From Balanoglossus misakiensis (Eukaryota; Animalia; Hemichordata): 64,000 nt of DNA. A program made the translations under genes and the position numbers. Positions 14,488 through 27,195 of the stretch are shown in pieces. The stretch lies in contig CM082593.2 of NCBI GenBank assembly GCA_040954595.2, positions 8,565,200-8,629,199 of the forward strand. The letters run 5' to 3'. The stretch's first letter is position 1. Each line of letters begins with the position of its first letter. The notes beneath the pieces are model-generated. The model made no database searches. It worked only from the letters and a program-made list of their open reading frames with translations, and was not told where the DNA came from.

Positions 14488-15784
14488 CAGGTATATACGG
14501 GTGTCTCAAAACACATTGTGCGACAAGAAAGTGCTAGTCGCACTTTGAGGGAAATGCTATCTGCGACCACTAGCACTTTGATTCTGCGACCACTAGCACT
14601 TTGATTCTGCGACCACTGGTACTTGCATTGTGCGCTGTGATCATTTGCGACCAACAAGCTTGAATAAAAACCAGTTTCAAAAAGCACAGTCGTATCGATC
14701 GAGGGGTTTTGAAAGTATCGCGACATTCAACTTTCTTTCAAGATGATAACTTGATATGTTGTACTCGTGTCATGTACAAAATACACGATCCACGTAATTT
14801 CCGTTTGGTTAAATACTGACCTTTCATTTCTACTAGATCATATCCAAGTCTGATTTTACACCGACTTTAATAAGAACTCTGGTTTGTCGATTTTTGTAGC
14901 TGAGTAAAACTAGCTATTAAACGAGCGCGAAATGCGCATTTGCGATGCGATGACAACACAATCGCCATTTTTGAATGACCTGACCTTTGACATCGTAGAA
15001 TATGGTCAAGGTCGCGCTGCACTCATCAGATGAATCGCTCGATGAATCTGACTACTTGCTTCCGTGATCGGTATACTTGCCTTTAGCGGTTTTATGTCTA
15101 AATAAAGGTAATATTTTTATGTTGAAAAACGACTGTGTGTATTTCTGTAGCCTGAGTGCAGTTAAGTGTTGTGCGCGCCCACATGAACCCGTGACCTTTG
15201 CGTGTTAAAAATAGGACTTCAAGATGCCGATACGATCGAGTACAGTACTTACGTTAATAAACTTTTTCCTTTATTCTGTCTATATAAATAATGTTTTATC
15301 AACGTTTTCTCATTGCATTGATGTTTTAGTCTGAGAGCAATACGCAGCTAGTTTTTTCATGTACAGTTGTGGTTGCATGTTTGTACAAACAGTACGGAAA
15401 GGCGACGCAACGGCCGGGGCATTTGCTTTGTTAACTCGATCAATGACTGCCGCACTTATCAACGTGACGAACTTGGGATCGGCCGGGAAAGCATCGGGCA
15501 TTGACGTTGCCTTGTCGAATCGTTCACACCTCGTTACTGTCAATGGGGTATTAATTGCGCACATAAGTTACACAACCAATAAAAAATCTTGTAGCAGAAT
15601 GCAAGTGCTAGTGGTCGCAGAATCAAAGTGCTAGTGGTCGCAGAATGCAAGTGCTAGTGGTCGCAGAATCAAAGTGCTAGTGGTCGCAGAATCAAAGTGC
15701 TAGTGGTCGCAGATAGCATTTCCCTCAAAGTGCGACTAGCACTTTCTTGTCGCACAATGTGTTTTGAGACACCCATACATAACT
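14488..15784. mobile_element. MITE-B copy 2
   Basis: Near-identical to 9933-11229, same insertion point in the monomer, same TSD. Confidence 0.93.
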
Positions 15785-18148
15785 CCGTCATGGGCACAAA
15801 CAGTCTCAGGAAGTAAGCTTTCAGCCTACCAATGTAGCTATTATATTTTCCACTTTTTGTAAGTGAAGCCTGACTGTCGCCTGTCTTAGGTCACCACTTC
15901 ACAAGCGGTCTTACCCGTCATGGGCACAAACAGTCTCAGGAAGTAAGCTTTCAGCCTACCAAGCTTTCAGCCTACCAATGTAGCTATTATATTTTCCACT
16001 TTTTGTAAGTGAAGCCTGACTGTCGCCTGTCTTAGGTCACCACTTCACAAGCGGTCTTACCCGTCATGGGCACAAACAGTCTCAGGAAGTAAGCTTTCAG
16101 CCTACCAATGTAGCTATTATATTTTCCACTTTTTGTAAGTGAAGCCTGACTGTCGCCTGTCTTAGGTCACCACTTCACAAGCGGTCTTACCCGTCATGGG
16201 CACAAACAGTCTCAGGAAGTAAGCTTTCAGCCTACCAATGTAGCTCTTATATTTTCCACTTTTTGTAAGTGAAGCCTGACTGTCGCCTGTCTTAGGTCAC
16301 CACTTCACAAGCGGTCTTACCCGTCATGGGCACAAACAGTCTCAGGAAGTAAGCTTTCAGCCTACCAATGTAGCTCTTATATTTTCCACTTTTTGTAAGT
16401 GAAGCCTGACTGTCGCCTGTCTTAGGTCACCACTTCGTAAGCGGTCTTACCCGTCATGGGCACAAACAGTCTCAGGAAGTAAGCTTTCAGCCTACCAATG
16501 TAGCTATTATATTTTCCACTTTTTGTAAGTGAAGCCTGACTGTCGCCTGTCTTAGGTCACCACTTCACAAGCGGTCTTACCCGTCATGGGCACAAACAGT
16601 CTCAGGAAGTAAGCTTTCAGCCTACCAATGTAGCTATTATATTTTCCACTTTTTGTAAGTGAAGCCTGACTGTCGCCTGTCTTAGGTCACCACTTCACAA
16701 GCGGTCTTACCCGTCATGGGCACAAACAGTCTCAGGAAGTAAGCTTTCAGCCTACCAATGTAGCTCTTATATTTTCCACTTTTTGTAAGTGAAGCCTGAC
16801 TGTCGCCTGTCTTAGGTCACCACTTCACAAGCGGTCTTACCCGTCATGGGCACAAACAGTCTCAGGAAGTAAGCTTTCAGCCTACCAATGTAGCTCTTAT
16901 ATTTTCCACTTTTTGTAAGTGAAGCCTGACTGTCGCCTGTCTTAGGTCACCACTTCGTAAGCGGTCTTACCCGTCATGGGCACAAACAGTCTCAGGAAGT
17001 AAGCTTTCAGCCTACCAATGTAGCTCTTATATTTTCCACTTTTTGTAAGTGAAGCCTGACTGTCGCCTGTCTTAGGTCACCACTTCACAAGCGGTCTTAC
17101 CCGTCATGGGCACAAACAGTCTCAGGAAGTAAGCTTTCAGCCTACCAATGTAGCTATTATATTTTCCACTTTTTGTAAGTGAAGCCTGACTGTCGCCTGT
17201 CTTAGGTCACCACTTCACAAGCGGTCTTACCCGTCATGGGCACAAACAGTCTCAGGAAGTAAGCTTTCAGCCTACCAATGTAGCTATTATATTTTCCACT
17301 TTTTGTAAGTGAAGCCTGACTGTCGCCTGTCTTAGGTCACCACTTCACAAGCGGTCTTACCCGTCATGGGCACAAACAGTCTCAGGAAGTAAGCTTTCAG
17401 CCTACCAATGTAGCTATTATATTTTCCACTTTTTGTAAGTGAAGCCTGACTGTCGCCTGTCTTAGGTCACCACTTCACAAGCGGTCTTACCCGTCATGGG
17501 CACAAACAGTCTCAGGAAGTAAGCTTTCAGCCTACCAATGTAGCTCTTATATTTTCCACTTTTTGTAAGTGAAGCCTGACTGTCGCCTGTCTTAGGTCAC
17601 CACTTCGTAAGCGGTCTTACCCGTCATGGGCACAAACAGTCTCAGGAAGTAAGCTTTCAGCCTACCAATGTAGCTATTATATTTTCCACTTTTTGTAAGT
17701 GAAGCCTGACTGTCGCCTGTCTTAGGTCACCACTTCACAAGCGGTCTTACCCGTCATGGGCACAAACAGTCTCAGAAAGTAAGCTTTCAGCCTACCAATG
17801 TAGCTATTATATTTTCCACTTTTTGTAAGTGAAGCCTGACTGTCGCCTGTCTTAGGTCACCACTTCACAAGCGGTCTTACCCGTCATGGGCACAAACAGT
17901 CTCAGGAAGTAAGCTTTCAGCCTACCAATGTAGCTATTATATTTTCCACTTTTTGTAAGTGAAGCCTGACTGTCGCCTGTCTTAGGTCACCACTTCACAA
18001 GCGGTCTTACCCGTCATGGGCACAAACAGTCTCAGGAAGTAAGCTTTCAGCCTACCAATGTAGCTATTATATTTTCCACTTTTTGTAAGTGAAGCCTGAC
18101 TGTCGCCTGTCTTAGGTCACCACTTCACAAGCGGTCTTACCCGTCATG

Positions 18149-19445
18149 CAGGTATATACGGGTGTCTCAAAACACATTGTGCGACAAGAAAGTGCTAGTC
18201 GCACTTTGAGGGAAATGCTATCTGCGACCACTAGCACTTTGATTCTGCGACCACTAGCACTTTGATTCTGCGACCACTGGTACTTGCATTGTGCGCTGTG
18301 ATCATTTGCGACCAACAAGCTTGAATAAAAACCAGTTTCAAAAAGCACAGTCGTATCGATCGAGGGGTTTTGAAAGTATCGCGACATTCAACTTTCTTTC
18401 AAGATGATAACTTGATATGTTGTACTCGTGTCATGTACAAAATACACGATCCACGTAATTTCCGTTTGGTTAAATACTGACCTTTCATTTCTACTAGATC
18501 ATATCCAAGTCTGATTTTACACCGACTTTAATAAGAACTCTGGTTTGTCGATTTTTGTAGCTGAGTAAAACTAGCTATTAAACGAGCGCGAAATGCGCAT
18601 TTGCGATGCGATGACAACACAATCGCCATTTTTGAATGACCTGACCTTTGACATCGTAGAATATGGTCAAGGTCGCGCTGCACTCATCAGATGAATCGCT
18701 CGATGAATCTGACTACTTGCTTCCGTGATCGGTATACTTGCCTTTAGCGGTTTTATGTCTAAATAAAGGTAATATTTTTATGTTGAAAAACGACTGTGTG
18801 TATTTCTGTAGCCTGAGTGCAGTTAAGTGTTGTGCGCGCCCACATGAACCCGTGACCTTTGCGTGTTAAAAATAGGACTTCAAGATGCCGATACGATCGA
18901 GTACAGTACTTACGTTAATAAACTTTTTCCTTTATTCTGTCTATATAAATAATGTTTTATCAACGTTTTCTCATTGCATTGATGTTTTAGTCTGAGAGCA
19001 ATACGCAGCTAGTTTTTTCATGTACAGTTGTGGTTGCATGTTTGTACAAACAGTACGGAAAGGCGACGCAACGGCCGGGGCATTTGCTTTGTTAACTCGA
19101 TCAATGACTGCCGCACTTATCAACGTGACGAACTTGGGATCGGCCGGGAAAGCATCGGGCATTGACGTTGCCTTGTCGAATCGTTCACACCTCGTTACTG
19201 TCAATGGGGTATTAATTGCGCACATAAGTTACACAACCAATAAAAAATCTTGTAGCAGAATGCAAGTGCTAGTGGTCGCAGAATCAAAGTGCTAGTGGTC
19301 GCAGAATGCAAGTGCTAGTGGTCGCAGAATCAAAGTGCTAGTGGTCGCAGAATCAAAGTGCTAGTGGTCGCAGATAGCATTTCCCTCAAAGTGCGACTAG
19401 CACTTTCTTGTCGCACAATGTGTTTTGAGACACCCATACATAACT
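18149..19445. mobile_element. MITE-B copy 3
   Basis: Near-identical to copy 2, same insertion point and TSD. Confidence 0.93.
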
Positions 19446-21923
19446 CCGTCATGGGCACAAACAGTCTCAGGAAGTAAGCTTTCAGCCTACCAATGTAGCT
19501 ATTATATTTTCCACTTTTTGTAAGTGAAGCCTGACTGTCGCCTGTCTTAGGTCACCACTTCACAAGCGGTCTTACCCGTCATGGGCACAAACAGTCTCAG
19601 GAAGTAAGCTTTCAGCCTACCAATGTAGCTATTATATTTTCCACTTTTTGTAAGTGAAGCCTGACTGTCGCCTGTCTTAGGTCACCACTTCACAAGCGGT
19701 CTTACCCGTCATGGGCACAAACAGTCTCAGGAAGTAAGCTTTCAGCCTACCAATGTAGCTATTATATTTTCCACTTTTTGTAAGTGAAGCCTGACTGTCG
19801 CCTGTCTTAGGTCACCACTTCACAAGCGGTCTTACCCGTCATGGGCACAAACAGTCTCAGGAAGTAAGCTTTCAGCCTACCAATGTAGCTATTATATTTT
19901 CCACTTTTTGTAAGTGAAGCCTGACTGTCGCCTGTCTTAGGTCACCACTTCACAAGCGGTCTTACCCGTCATGGGCACAAACAGTCTCAGGAAGTAAGCT
20001 TTCAGCCTACCAATGTAGCTCTTATATTTTCCACTTTTTGTAAGTGAAGCCTGACTGTCGCCTGTCTTAGGTCACCACTTCACAAGCGGTCTTACCCGTC
20101 ATGGGCACAAACAGTCTCAGGAAGTAAGCTTTCAGCCTACCAATGTAGCTCTTATATTTTCCACTTTTTGTAAGTGAAGCCTGACTGTCGCCTGTCTTAG
20201 GTCACCACTTCGTAAGCGGTCTTACCCGTCATGGGCACAAACAGTCTCAGGAAGTAAGCTTTCAGCCTACCAATGTAGCTATTATATTTTCCACTTTTTG
20301 TAAGTGAAGCCTGACTGTCGCCTGTCTTAGGTCACCACTTCACAAGCGGTCTTACCCGTCATGGGCACAAACAGTCTCAGGAAGTAAGCTTTCAGCCTAC
20401 CAATGTAGCTATTATATTTTCCACTTTTTGTAAGTGAAGCCTGACTGTCGCCTGTCTTAGGTCACCACTTCACAAGCGGTCTTACCCGTCATGGGCACAA
20501 ACAGTCTCAGGAAGTAAGCTTTCAGCCTACCAATGTAGCTCTTATATTTTCCACTTTTTGTAAGTGAAGCCTGACTGTCGCCTGTCTTAGGTCACCACTT
20601 CACAAGCGGTCTTACCCGTCATGGGCACAAACAGTCTCAGGAAGTAAGCTTTCAGCCTACCAATGTAGCTCTTATATTTTCCACTTTTTGTAAGTGAAGC
20701 CTGACTGTCGCCTGTCTTAGGTCACCACTTCGTAAGCGGTCTTACCCGTCATGGGCACAAACAGTCTCAGGAAGTAAGCTTTCAGCCTACCAATGTAGCT
20801 CTTATATTTTCCACTTTTTGTAAGTGAAGCCTGACTGTCGCCTGTCTTAGGTCACCACTTCACAAGCGGTCTTACCCGTCATGGGCACAAACAGTCTCAG
20901 GAAGTAAGCTTTCAGCCTACCAATGTAGCTATTATATTTTCCACTTTTTGTAAGTGAAGCCTGACTGTCGCCTGTCTTAGGTCACCACTTCACAAGCGGT
21001 CTTACCCGTCATGGGCACAAACAGTCTCAGGAAGTAAGCTTTCAGCCTACCAATGTAGCTATTATATTTTCCACTTTTTGTAAGTGAAGCCTGACTGTCG
21101 CCTGTCTTAGGTCACCACTTCACAAGCGGTCTTACCCGTCATGGGCACAAACAGTCTCAGGAAGTAAGCTTTCAGCCTACCAATGTAGCTATTATATTTT
21201 CCACTTTTTGTAAGTGAAGCCTGACTGTCGCCTGTCTTAGGTCACCACTTCACAAGCGGTCTTACCCGTCATGGGCACAAACAGTCTCAGGAAGTAAGCT
21301 TTCAGCCTACCAATGTAGCTCTTATATTTTCCACTTTTTGTAAGTGAAGCCTGACTGTCGCCTGTCTTAGGTCACCACTTCGTAAGCGGTCTTACCCGTC
21401 ATGGGCACAAACAGTCTCAGGAAGTAAGCTTTCAGCCTACCAATGTAGCTATTATATTTTCCACTTTTTGTAAGTGAAGCCTGACTGTCGCCTGTCTTAG
21501 GTCACCACTTCACAAGCGGTCTTACCCGTCATGGGCACAAACAGTCTCAGGAAGTAAGCTTTCAGCCTACCAATGTAGCTATTATATTTTCCACTTTTTG
21601 TAAGTGAAGCCTGACTGTCGCCTGTCTTAGGTCACCACTTCACAAGCGGTCTTACCCGTCATGGGCACAAACAGTCTCAGGAAGTAAGCTTTCAGCCTAC
21701 CAATGTAGCTATTATATTTTCCACTTTTTGTAAGTGAAGCCTGACTGTCGCCTGTCTTAGGTCACCACTTCACAAGCGGTCTTACCCGTCATGGGCACAA
21801 ACAGTCTCAGGAAGTAAGCTTTCAGCCTACCAATGTAGCTATTATATTTTCCACTTTTTGTAAGTGAAGCCTGACTGTCGCCTGTCTTAGGTCACCACTT
21901 CACAAGCGGTCTTACCCGTCATG

Positions 21924-23220
21924 CAGGTATATACGGGTGTCTCAAAACACATTGTGCGACAAGAAAGTGCTAGTCGCACTTTGAGGGAAATGCTATCTGC
22001 GACCACTAGCACTTTGATTCTGCGACCACTAGCACTTTGATTCTGCGACCACTGGTACTTGCATTGTGCGCTGTGATCATTTGCGACCAACAAGCTTGAA
22101 TAAAAACCAGTTTCAAAAAGCACAGTCGTATCGATCGAGGGGTTTTGAAAGTATCGCGACATTCAACTTTCTTTCAAGATGATAACTTGATATGTTGTAC
22201 TCGTGTCATGTACAAAATACACGATCCACGTAATTTCCGTTTGGTTAAATACTGACCTTTCATTTCTACTAGATCATATCCAAGTCTGATTTTACACCGA
22301 CTTTAATAAGAACTCTGGTTTGTCGATTTTTGTAGCTGAGTAAAACTAGCTATTAAACGAGCGCGAAATGCGCATTTGCGATGCGATGACAACACAATCG
22401 CCATTTTTGAATGACCTGACCTTTGACATCGTAGAATATGGTCAAGGTCGCGCTGCACTCATCAGATGAATCGCTCGATGAATCTGACTACTTGCTTCCG
22501 TGATCGGTATACTTGCCTTTAGCGGTTTTATGTCTAAATAAAGGTAATATTTTTATGTTGAAAAACGACTGTGTGTATTTCTGTAGCCTGAGTGCAGTTA
22601 AGTGTTGTGCGCGCCCACATGAACCCGTGACCTTTGCGTGTTAAAAATAGGACTTCAAGATGCCGATACGATCGAGTACAGTACTTACGTTAATAAACTT
22701 TTTCCTTTATTCTGTCTATATAAATAATGTTTTATCAACGTTTTCTCATTGCATTGATGTTTTAGTCTGAGAGCAATACGCAGCTAGTTTTTTCATGTAC
22801 AGTTGTGGTTGCATGTTTGTACAAACAGTACGGAAAGGCGACGCAACGGCCGGGGCATTTGCTTTGTTAACTCGATCAATGACTGCCGCACTTATCAACG
22901 TGACGAACTTGGGATCGGCCGGGAAAGCATCGGGCATTGACGTTGCCTTGTCGAATCGTTCACACCTCGTTACTGTCAATGGGGTATTAATTGCGCACAT
23001 AAGTTACACAACCAATAAAAAATCTTGTAGCAGAATGCAAGTGCTAGTGGTCGCAGAATCAAAGTGCTAGTGGTCGCAGAATGCAAGTGCTAGTGGTCGC
23101 AGAATCAAAGTGCTAGTGGTCGCAGAATCAAAGTGCTAGTGGTCGCAGATAGCATTTCCCTCAAAGTGCGACTAGCACTTTCTTGTCGCACAATGTGTTT
23201 TGAGACACCCATACATAACT
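21924..23220. mobile_element. MITE-B copy 4
   Basis: Near-identical to copy 2. The right flank reads ccatgtgtcatg, i.e. the TSD with a 4-nt insertion. Confidence 0.93.
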
Positions 23221-23525
23221 CCATGTGTCATGGGCACAAACAGTCTCAGGAAGTAAGCTTTCAGCCTACCAATGTAGCTATTATATTTTCCACTTTTTGT
23301 AAGTGAAGCCTGACTGTCGCCTGTCTCAGGTCACCACTTCACAAGCGGTCTTACCCGTCATGGGCACAAACAGTCTCAGGAGTAAGCTTTCAGCCTACCA
23401 ATGTAGCTATTATATTTTCCACTTTTTGTAAGTGAAGCCTGACTGTCGCCTGTCTTAGGTCACCACTTCATAAGCTGTCTTACCCGTCATGGGCACAAAC
23501 AGTCTCAGGAAGTAAGCTTTCAGCC

Positions 23526-23675
23526 GAACCGGACCCAACGACACCGACCCATCATTATACCTTTCAACAACAGGTACAGCAAGAAGAGAAATGAACGTAA
23601 CACAACAGCCAGAAATTATGGATTCAATGACAACAGCAGGATTTACATCAATGAAAACCTTACACAAAGAATCGT
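23526..23675 (+). pseudogene. Degenerate fragment of a non-LTR retrotransposon ORF1 (CR1/L2-type C-terminal motifs)
   Basis: Translates ...HRPIIIPFNNRYSKK...NSRIYINENLTQR, matching the RPIIV.F ... IYINENLT motifs typical of LINE ORF1 proteins. It abuts the end of the satellite. Confidence 0.6.
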
Positions 23676-25260
23676 TCGGACGTCCCATGGCGTTGCAGTG
23701 AAACTGTGACATAAAGGTCCAAACAATGAGGCTGACCACATGGTTACGGCTCCAATTACGGCAACTGTGAAGTGTAGTGGAACTGCAGATGACTGACGTT
23801 GCCCAAGGCAACGGCGAACCAGGACCCTGGAGGGCGGAGCAGCGGGACCTGACTTACAGGAGCTGTACATAGCAGTTGTGAACATAGTATATGAAATAAT
23901 TTAAAAGTCATTGCTCTCTGGGTCCATCATTTTCAGTAGAAGTGACCTGATTTCATATCAATAGTTTACCACCCGTAATTTCCAGCTAATTTCATGTAGT
24001 ACAAAACTCCTATACAACATAATGACATTTCTAGAACCTTTTTTTGCTGGTTGGGCCGACAGACTAACACTAGTGGTTCTAAAAAGAAACTTCCATAACA
24101 ACCTGTACACTTAACACATTCAAGTCAAGGCAGACCTAACCCATTCAAAATATGCAAATTAGGAAAAGGCGCATACATGCATTCTTTGCATCCCCAGAGA
24201 CACACACAGGAAATCAAGCGAGTGCGGCCACTAGCTGGAAGAGCTGAATTCAATGCATTGCCTTGTGATGTTCATGATACAGGGGGAGGGGGGGATGATC
24301 AATGAACAGAACAGCGGTCCACTTTCACGAGTTGTAGTGCACTGATCGTGGCAAGTTGATCATGGCAAAACAAACGACTAAGTTAGATAGCAGTGCTTCA
24401 CAAGTTTGGCTAATTCGTATGAAAATTGTCTCGCCAAACACAACCTTTTTCTCGCATTTGCGATTTGGCGAGCGGGTAGCGAAAACACTGCTGGCTAATC
24501 CGTTCTGATTTCTGTCACTGTTCCAATTCTTCCTCAACACCTCAAAGCTAAACACCCCTACTAGAAAATGGTATGAATTCTTGACTGACGGAAGTAGTAG
24601 CTCATACCCAACTTGACAGACTCCTTTGTTAACACTTCGGGGGGGGGGGGGGGGGGGGGGTGTCCACATTGATGCACGTGGGGATATGAGAAACAAAATA
24701 CTTTTTTTACAAGAAAAATCTATGCCGTCTCTCTGCCTGTATGTTTCTACTACAAGCTCTTATAGAAACATGATTATGAAATAAGTTTGCAAGACTGTAT
24801 GGAAGAATATCCTGAACTCAACATGAAAGTGAAGGGGTCGTCGCGCCGCGTTTGTTTATAAACATTACAATTCAACAAATTAGATCATTCTTAGAATGAA
24901 CGAAGCAGCTAACTGTAGTGTAGACTGGGCATGGCAGCAACTGAAGATCCTAGTAGGTCGTGGCGACTGTAGTGGGGTTTGCACTGGTATGGGAGGGCAT
25001 ATTCTCATCAAGGGGGGGGGGACACCCTCGCGGCGCGACGACCCCTTCCCTACTGTTGCTGAAAAATACTTGTATATGAAAGTTGAAACAGTGATAGTTA
25101 CACATGAGGTATCTGATATGGCATTAACATAAACATAACAAAATAAAGTTTTGAATGTTCCTTGCAATTGCATGAAAATATTCTCTGTATTGTTAATAAA
25201 GTATAATGTCTGCTCCTAATTCTGCAAAATGTGTCATACTAAAATGTTATACCATTAGTG

Positions 25261-27195
25261 GATTTAGACAGCGTAGATCCTGTGATACTCAGCTACTAGA
25301 GCTCATAGATTATTTGACCCAAAACATGGAAAATGGTAAACAAACAGATGTCCTAGTCATGGACTTTTCCAAAGCCTTTGATAGAGTCTGTCACAATTTG
25401 TTGGTTCACAAGCTACATCACTATGGTATAAGGGGTAAAACCCTTAATTGGATACAATCCTTCCTCCATCAACGTACCCAAGTAGTAGCGATAGACGGTA
25501 CATCGTCAGACACTGTATCAGTTGAATCGGGAGTCCCACAAGGCTCTGTACTGGGCCCATCTTTGTTCTTATACTACATCAATGATATTCAAACAGGTTT
25601 AAATTCCACAGTAAGACTATTTGCTGATGATACAATAGCATATCTCACTATCACATCTGAAGCTGATACCCAAATACTACAATCTGATCTAGACAAAAGC
25701 CGCTTGCACATGTGCCATGGTTAGGGCGCCCTTTTTGGGATTATAAAAGTTGGTAAACATTTCTTATCAACGACTCAAATTGTTTTGCATTCACATGTGT
25801 ATAAAAGGGACGGGGGTCATCTCCCTCTACGCGCGTCCACAGCAGCGTGGCTAAAAGGTCACAATGGCGGATCCAGTGATGTGTTCACTGTATATGGTAC
25901 TCCTGAATTTGCTTTTTAAACGTCGTCGACGCCAATTTCATGGGCATTTGAATGACCCGATACCCGTTTATGGTAACCTTTCATTGGAGGTTGCGATTGG
26001 AAGACTGCAGTCCATGCTACAAAATCGTCGTCGGAGGTCGAGTTTGCAATTCCTGTGTATGTGCCTTGGCCATTTCCGCGTCACTCCAATTGTTGCCTCG
26101 AGACACTGCTTCGGCCATTGTTTTAGTAAAGTGAACCTCAACGCTTAATGCAGCGTTAATGAGACAAACCCCGTCGGTAGAGTGCGTTTAGATCGGCGTT
26201 TAGTGCGGTGTTTCTGTTCACACGTGATTTGAGTCGCTGTTTAGTGCGGCGCCCCGACCCAGGTCCCACCCCTCAACACCGTCCCAAAAAAAGAGCGGCG
26301 CAGGTCCGCTCTCACCTTTTCACACGTGGCACTTACAAATTAACGCCGCCCTAGGGCAGCCGCTGGGGCGGCGTTGACGGCACGTGTGAAAGGCACTAAA
26401 CTAGCAGCGTGGGCCAACAATTGGAAAATGTCTTTTCACCCAGACAAATGCTCTGTTCTGTCAGTAACAAGGAAACGTTCAACGATAATTAACCAGTACA
26501 GCTTAAACGGGAAGATATCTAGGGTGCACACTGACAGCTGATCTTGATTGGCACCAACATATTACTTTAATATGCAATAAAGCAAACAAAACTCTTGGTT
26601 TACTCCGTAGAAATATCAACATAGGATCGACATCGGTGAAAGAGAAGGCATATACAACACTTGTAAGACCACTAGTTGAATACGCCTCTACTGTTTGGGA
26701 CCCATATGAACAGACTGACATAGCTTTGTTAGAAAAAAACACAAAGACGCGCTGCTCGCTACGTGACTGGCAGATTTCGAAATCGCTCTAGTGTTGACAA
26801 CATGATAAATACCCTACATTGGACATCATTAGAACAACGTAGAAAAGAAGCCAGACTATCGATGCTATATAAAATTTCAACAGGAACTGTTGCCATGAAC
26901 AATCTTCAGCATCTCCAACCCCCCCTAAGACTCACTAGACACATGCATAGTAAAAGTTATAAAATTCCCAAATTCAAAACAGACTACAGAAAATATTCCT
27001 TCTTTCCAAGAACAATCAAAGACTGGAATAGTATACCAGCAGACATCATGCATATCTGCAGGGTAACATGAATCCTTCAAATCTTCTTTGGCACTACACT
27101 TCACTTAACCAGAAAACTGACATTTTTGATGTCCTGTACGAGGGTGCACTCACTGGCAAAGCCTTCAATATGTTGAAGTTGGCCAGTAAGGTAGA
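25261..27195 (+). mobile_element. 5'-truncated CR1/L2-group LINE (reverse transcriptase C-terminal half and 3' UTR), degenerate
   Basis: GFRQRRSCDTQL...DFSKAFDRV...GVPQGSVLGPSLFLYYIND...RLFADD (RT), later LVRPLVEYASTVWDP and YRKYSFFPRTIKDWN. TSD tagtg at 25256-25260 and 27196-27200. The empty site accattagtgacact is visible in the duplicated copy at ~28915. Confidence 0.92.
25698..26397. mobile_element. PIF/Harbinger-like non-autonomous element nested in the LINE RT
   Basis: Splits the RT frame DLDK|LAAWANNWKMSFHPDKC. Imperfect TIRs agccgcttgcacatgtgcc / ggcacgtgtgaaaggcact with a 3-bp duplication AAA. The internal short ORF MADP...LLFKRRRR resembles a Harbinger transposase N-terminus (inference). 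Confidence 0.75.

Larger units (their letters stand above)
1..23525. repeat. Tandem satellite array, 130-bp monomer with a HindIII site (AAGCTT), ~130 copies, interrupted by five MITE copies
   Basis: Monomer aagctttcagcctaccaatgtagctattatattttccactttttgtaagtgaagcctgactgtcgcctgtcttaggtcaccacttcacaagcggtcttacccgtcatgggcacaaacagtctcaggaagt repeats head-to-tail. Copies are nearly identical after ~1750, with two recurrent variants (gctAtt/gctCtt; ttcACa/ttcGTa). The array ends at cagcc 23525. Confidence 0.99.

Noticed and set aside
9631-23070. Repeated 81-91 aa ORFs in and around the MITEs
   Set aside because: They run through TIR subrepeats and satellite, overlap on both strands, and show no recognisable domain.
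9933-23220. Four independent site-specific MITE insertions into the satellite
   Set aside because: The shared order of monomer variants between copies shows block duplication of a single insertion.
1-23525. CRISPR-like array or tandem RNA genes
   Set aside because: There are no unique spacers and no cas genes, the context is eukaryotic, and I recognise no 5S, snRNA, SL or tRNA motifs in the monomer.
24639-24660. Poly-G run and the poly-Pro ORF across it
   Set aside because: Simple homopolymer of unreliable length with no coding evidence.
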